A stretch of DNA of 53,938 bases, filler included, from Bipalium vagum (Eukaryota): assembly GCA_037834085.1 (NCBI GenBank). It is 3 parts of 3 records of this genome, joined end to end, with 100 filler letters (N's around TTAATTAATTAA, not from the genome) between each part and the next. Parts side by side here need not be neighbours in the genome. Positions count along the whole stretch, not along the records: positions 35,874 to 53,938 come from JBBMKC010042044.1; 2 more parts are not named here. One strand, given 5' to 3'. Shown here one piece after another: positions 52,525 to 53,938 of the stretch. The notes below the pieces were generated by a model. The model ran no database searches. It saw only the letters and a program-made list of their open reading frames with translations, and was not told where the DNA came from. The stretch's first letter is position 1; the number at the start of each line of letters is the position of its first letter. A program made the translations under genes and the position numbers.

Positions 52525-52567
52525 GTAGATTTATTCTTTTGAACATTGTGTAAGAATGATGAATTAG

Positions 52568-52795
52568 ACTCGAGAATTAGCTCAGCTATGTCAGACAACA
52601 GTTTTGTCGTGTACCTCAAAACTGACAACAAGTTACAGAGATTATTGTAACTCATATCAACTAGCTGAAGAATCAAAGAAAGTCATGGATAAAAGTAAAG
52701 AAAAGTTTGATCGAGAGCGTAAAAGGGCTCATGACAAAAATAAGGATGTTGAAAAAAGTCAGAAGATACGTAAACTGAAAGATGATTTAAGCCAG
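52568..52795 (+). CDS. SRGAP: srGAP F-BAR/coiled-coil exon
   Basis: After a 43-nt intron: TRELAQLCQTTVLSCTSKLTTSYRDYCNSYQLAEESKKVMDK...KIRKLKDDLSQ|gtgtgt, 228 nt, in frame. Confidence 0.85.
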
Positions 52796-53039
52796 GTGTG
52801 TATTATCTATATGTTATTATTTTAATGTTAATTTTCATTGGCAATTATTAAGTGTACCGTTAAATTATGAAGATTTTTTAAAATCGTCTTTTATGATGAT
52901 ATAAGATTGAATAAATTTTATTGATTATATATTGTATTTTGTTTTAATATAAATTGTTTACCAGGATTATCATTTAAATATTATTTAAGTTTTAATATTT
53001 TAAATATTTTTCGATTTAAGTCTGACAAGATTTATTCTT

Positions 53040-53460
53040 GGCAAAGAGCATTTGTGAGGAGTTATGACCCACTGTTCTATTACAGGCAAACATGCTGAAG
53101 AAACTTACTGCATACTTTGTGAAGGTCTATGGGAAATATGAACCATCTCAGGCTAACCATTGGTGTAAGCGCTTCAAAAATGATGATTTCAGTGTAAAAG
53201 ACAACAAACGTGTCCAGTTCATAATTTTGCATTTGAAGACCAACAATTGAAAGTTCTTTTGAATTGATCCTTCAGATTTCTATTTGTTACGGTTGATGGT
53301 ACATAGACTTTCTGAGCAGCACTTCAGAACTTATGAAGATGTCCAAAAATGGGTCTCTGAATAGTTTGCTTGGAAACAAGTAAATATTTTAGGACGACAT
53401 CCACAAGTTACGTGATAGGTTTAAGAAATGTTTACATAATAATGGATATTATTTGCATAA
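53040..53460 (+). mobile_element. Internally deleted Mos1-like mariner
   Basis: KEHL...HWCKRFKNDDFSVKD fused to DPSDFYLLRLMVHRLSEQHFRTYEDVQKWV. Confidence 0.85.
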
Positions 53461-53938
53461 GATATTTATATGCATCGTGAAATTCTCGTGATTTCTTTGT
53501 TATTTATCGGAACGCATAATAGTCGTGAAGCACATTTTTAATCTTAAAGCACCTATAAACTATTTTGCTGGACATGTCCATTTAGAAATTCATACTTTAA
53601 ACTACAAAATACGATTCCTAAACTTATTTAATATAAACTCTATTCTTTTTGATAAGATTATTTGAAACATTAAATATTCACAGACTATGAAAAATTTTTA
53701 AAAACTTCATAACTTACACAATTTTATAAACCATTTCATGTCAATAACAAGTTTTGTTATATTGCATTAATTTGATTAAATCTTTTTATTTATTTAAATT
53801 ACCAAATGTTTGCTATTTGAAGTAATCGTCACTAAGTCGAAATAGTTTTTATGGTACATAGCAATCTCGTTTATTGACAATTCGATATTTGACAATTCGA
53901 TTTCTGTCAAAGCTATTAATGTCAAAATCGATTCAATA

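Noticed and set aside
1-53938. CRISPR arrays, operons or prokaryotic defence systems
   Set aside because: The sequence is intron-containing eukaryotic DNA; the tandem repeats are microsatellites and short local duplications.

Overview
Very AT-rich eukaryotic (animal, probably invertebrate) genomic DNA, not prokaryotic. Host genes are split by spliceosomal introns: (1) the 5' half of a uridine-cytidine kinase-like gene (UCKL1, - strand, 5394/5320 to 3477, continuing off the left edge); (2) the F-BAR-encoding 5' exons of a SLIT-ROBO RhoGAP (srGAP, + strand, 39061 to 52795, continuing off the right edge); (3) a signal-peptide/Ig-domain gene (- strand, ATG 36427) head-to-head with srGAP; (4) a weaker - strand gene at about 13-14 kb whose exons resemble the PDE7 N-terminus. 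Much of the rest is decayed transposons: mariner, Tc1, DD41D, pogo/Tigger, IS630-like, Penelope-like and a probable Chapaev3 end, some nested. The most unusual item is a decayed Polinton/adintovirus-type major capsid gene fragment followed by two small pseudogenised ORFs (9.1-10.2 kb), bracketed by direct repeats. The host introns include 43-49 nt mini-introns and frequent purine-AG (AAG/GAG) acceptors. The two 100-bp N44-TTAATTAATTAA-N44 blocks are assembly linkers. All family assignments come from manual translation and recalled motifs; no database searches were run.
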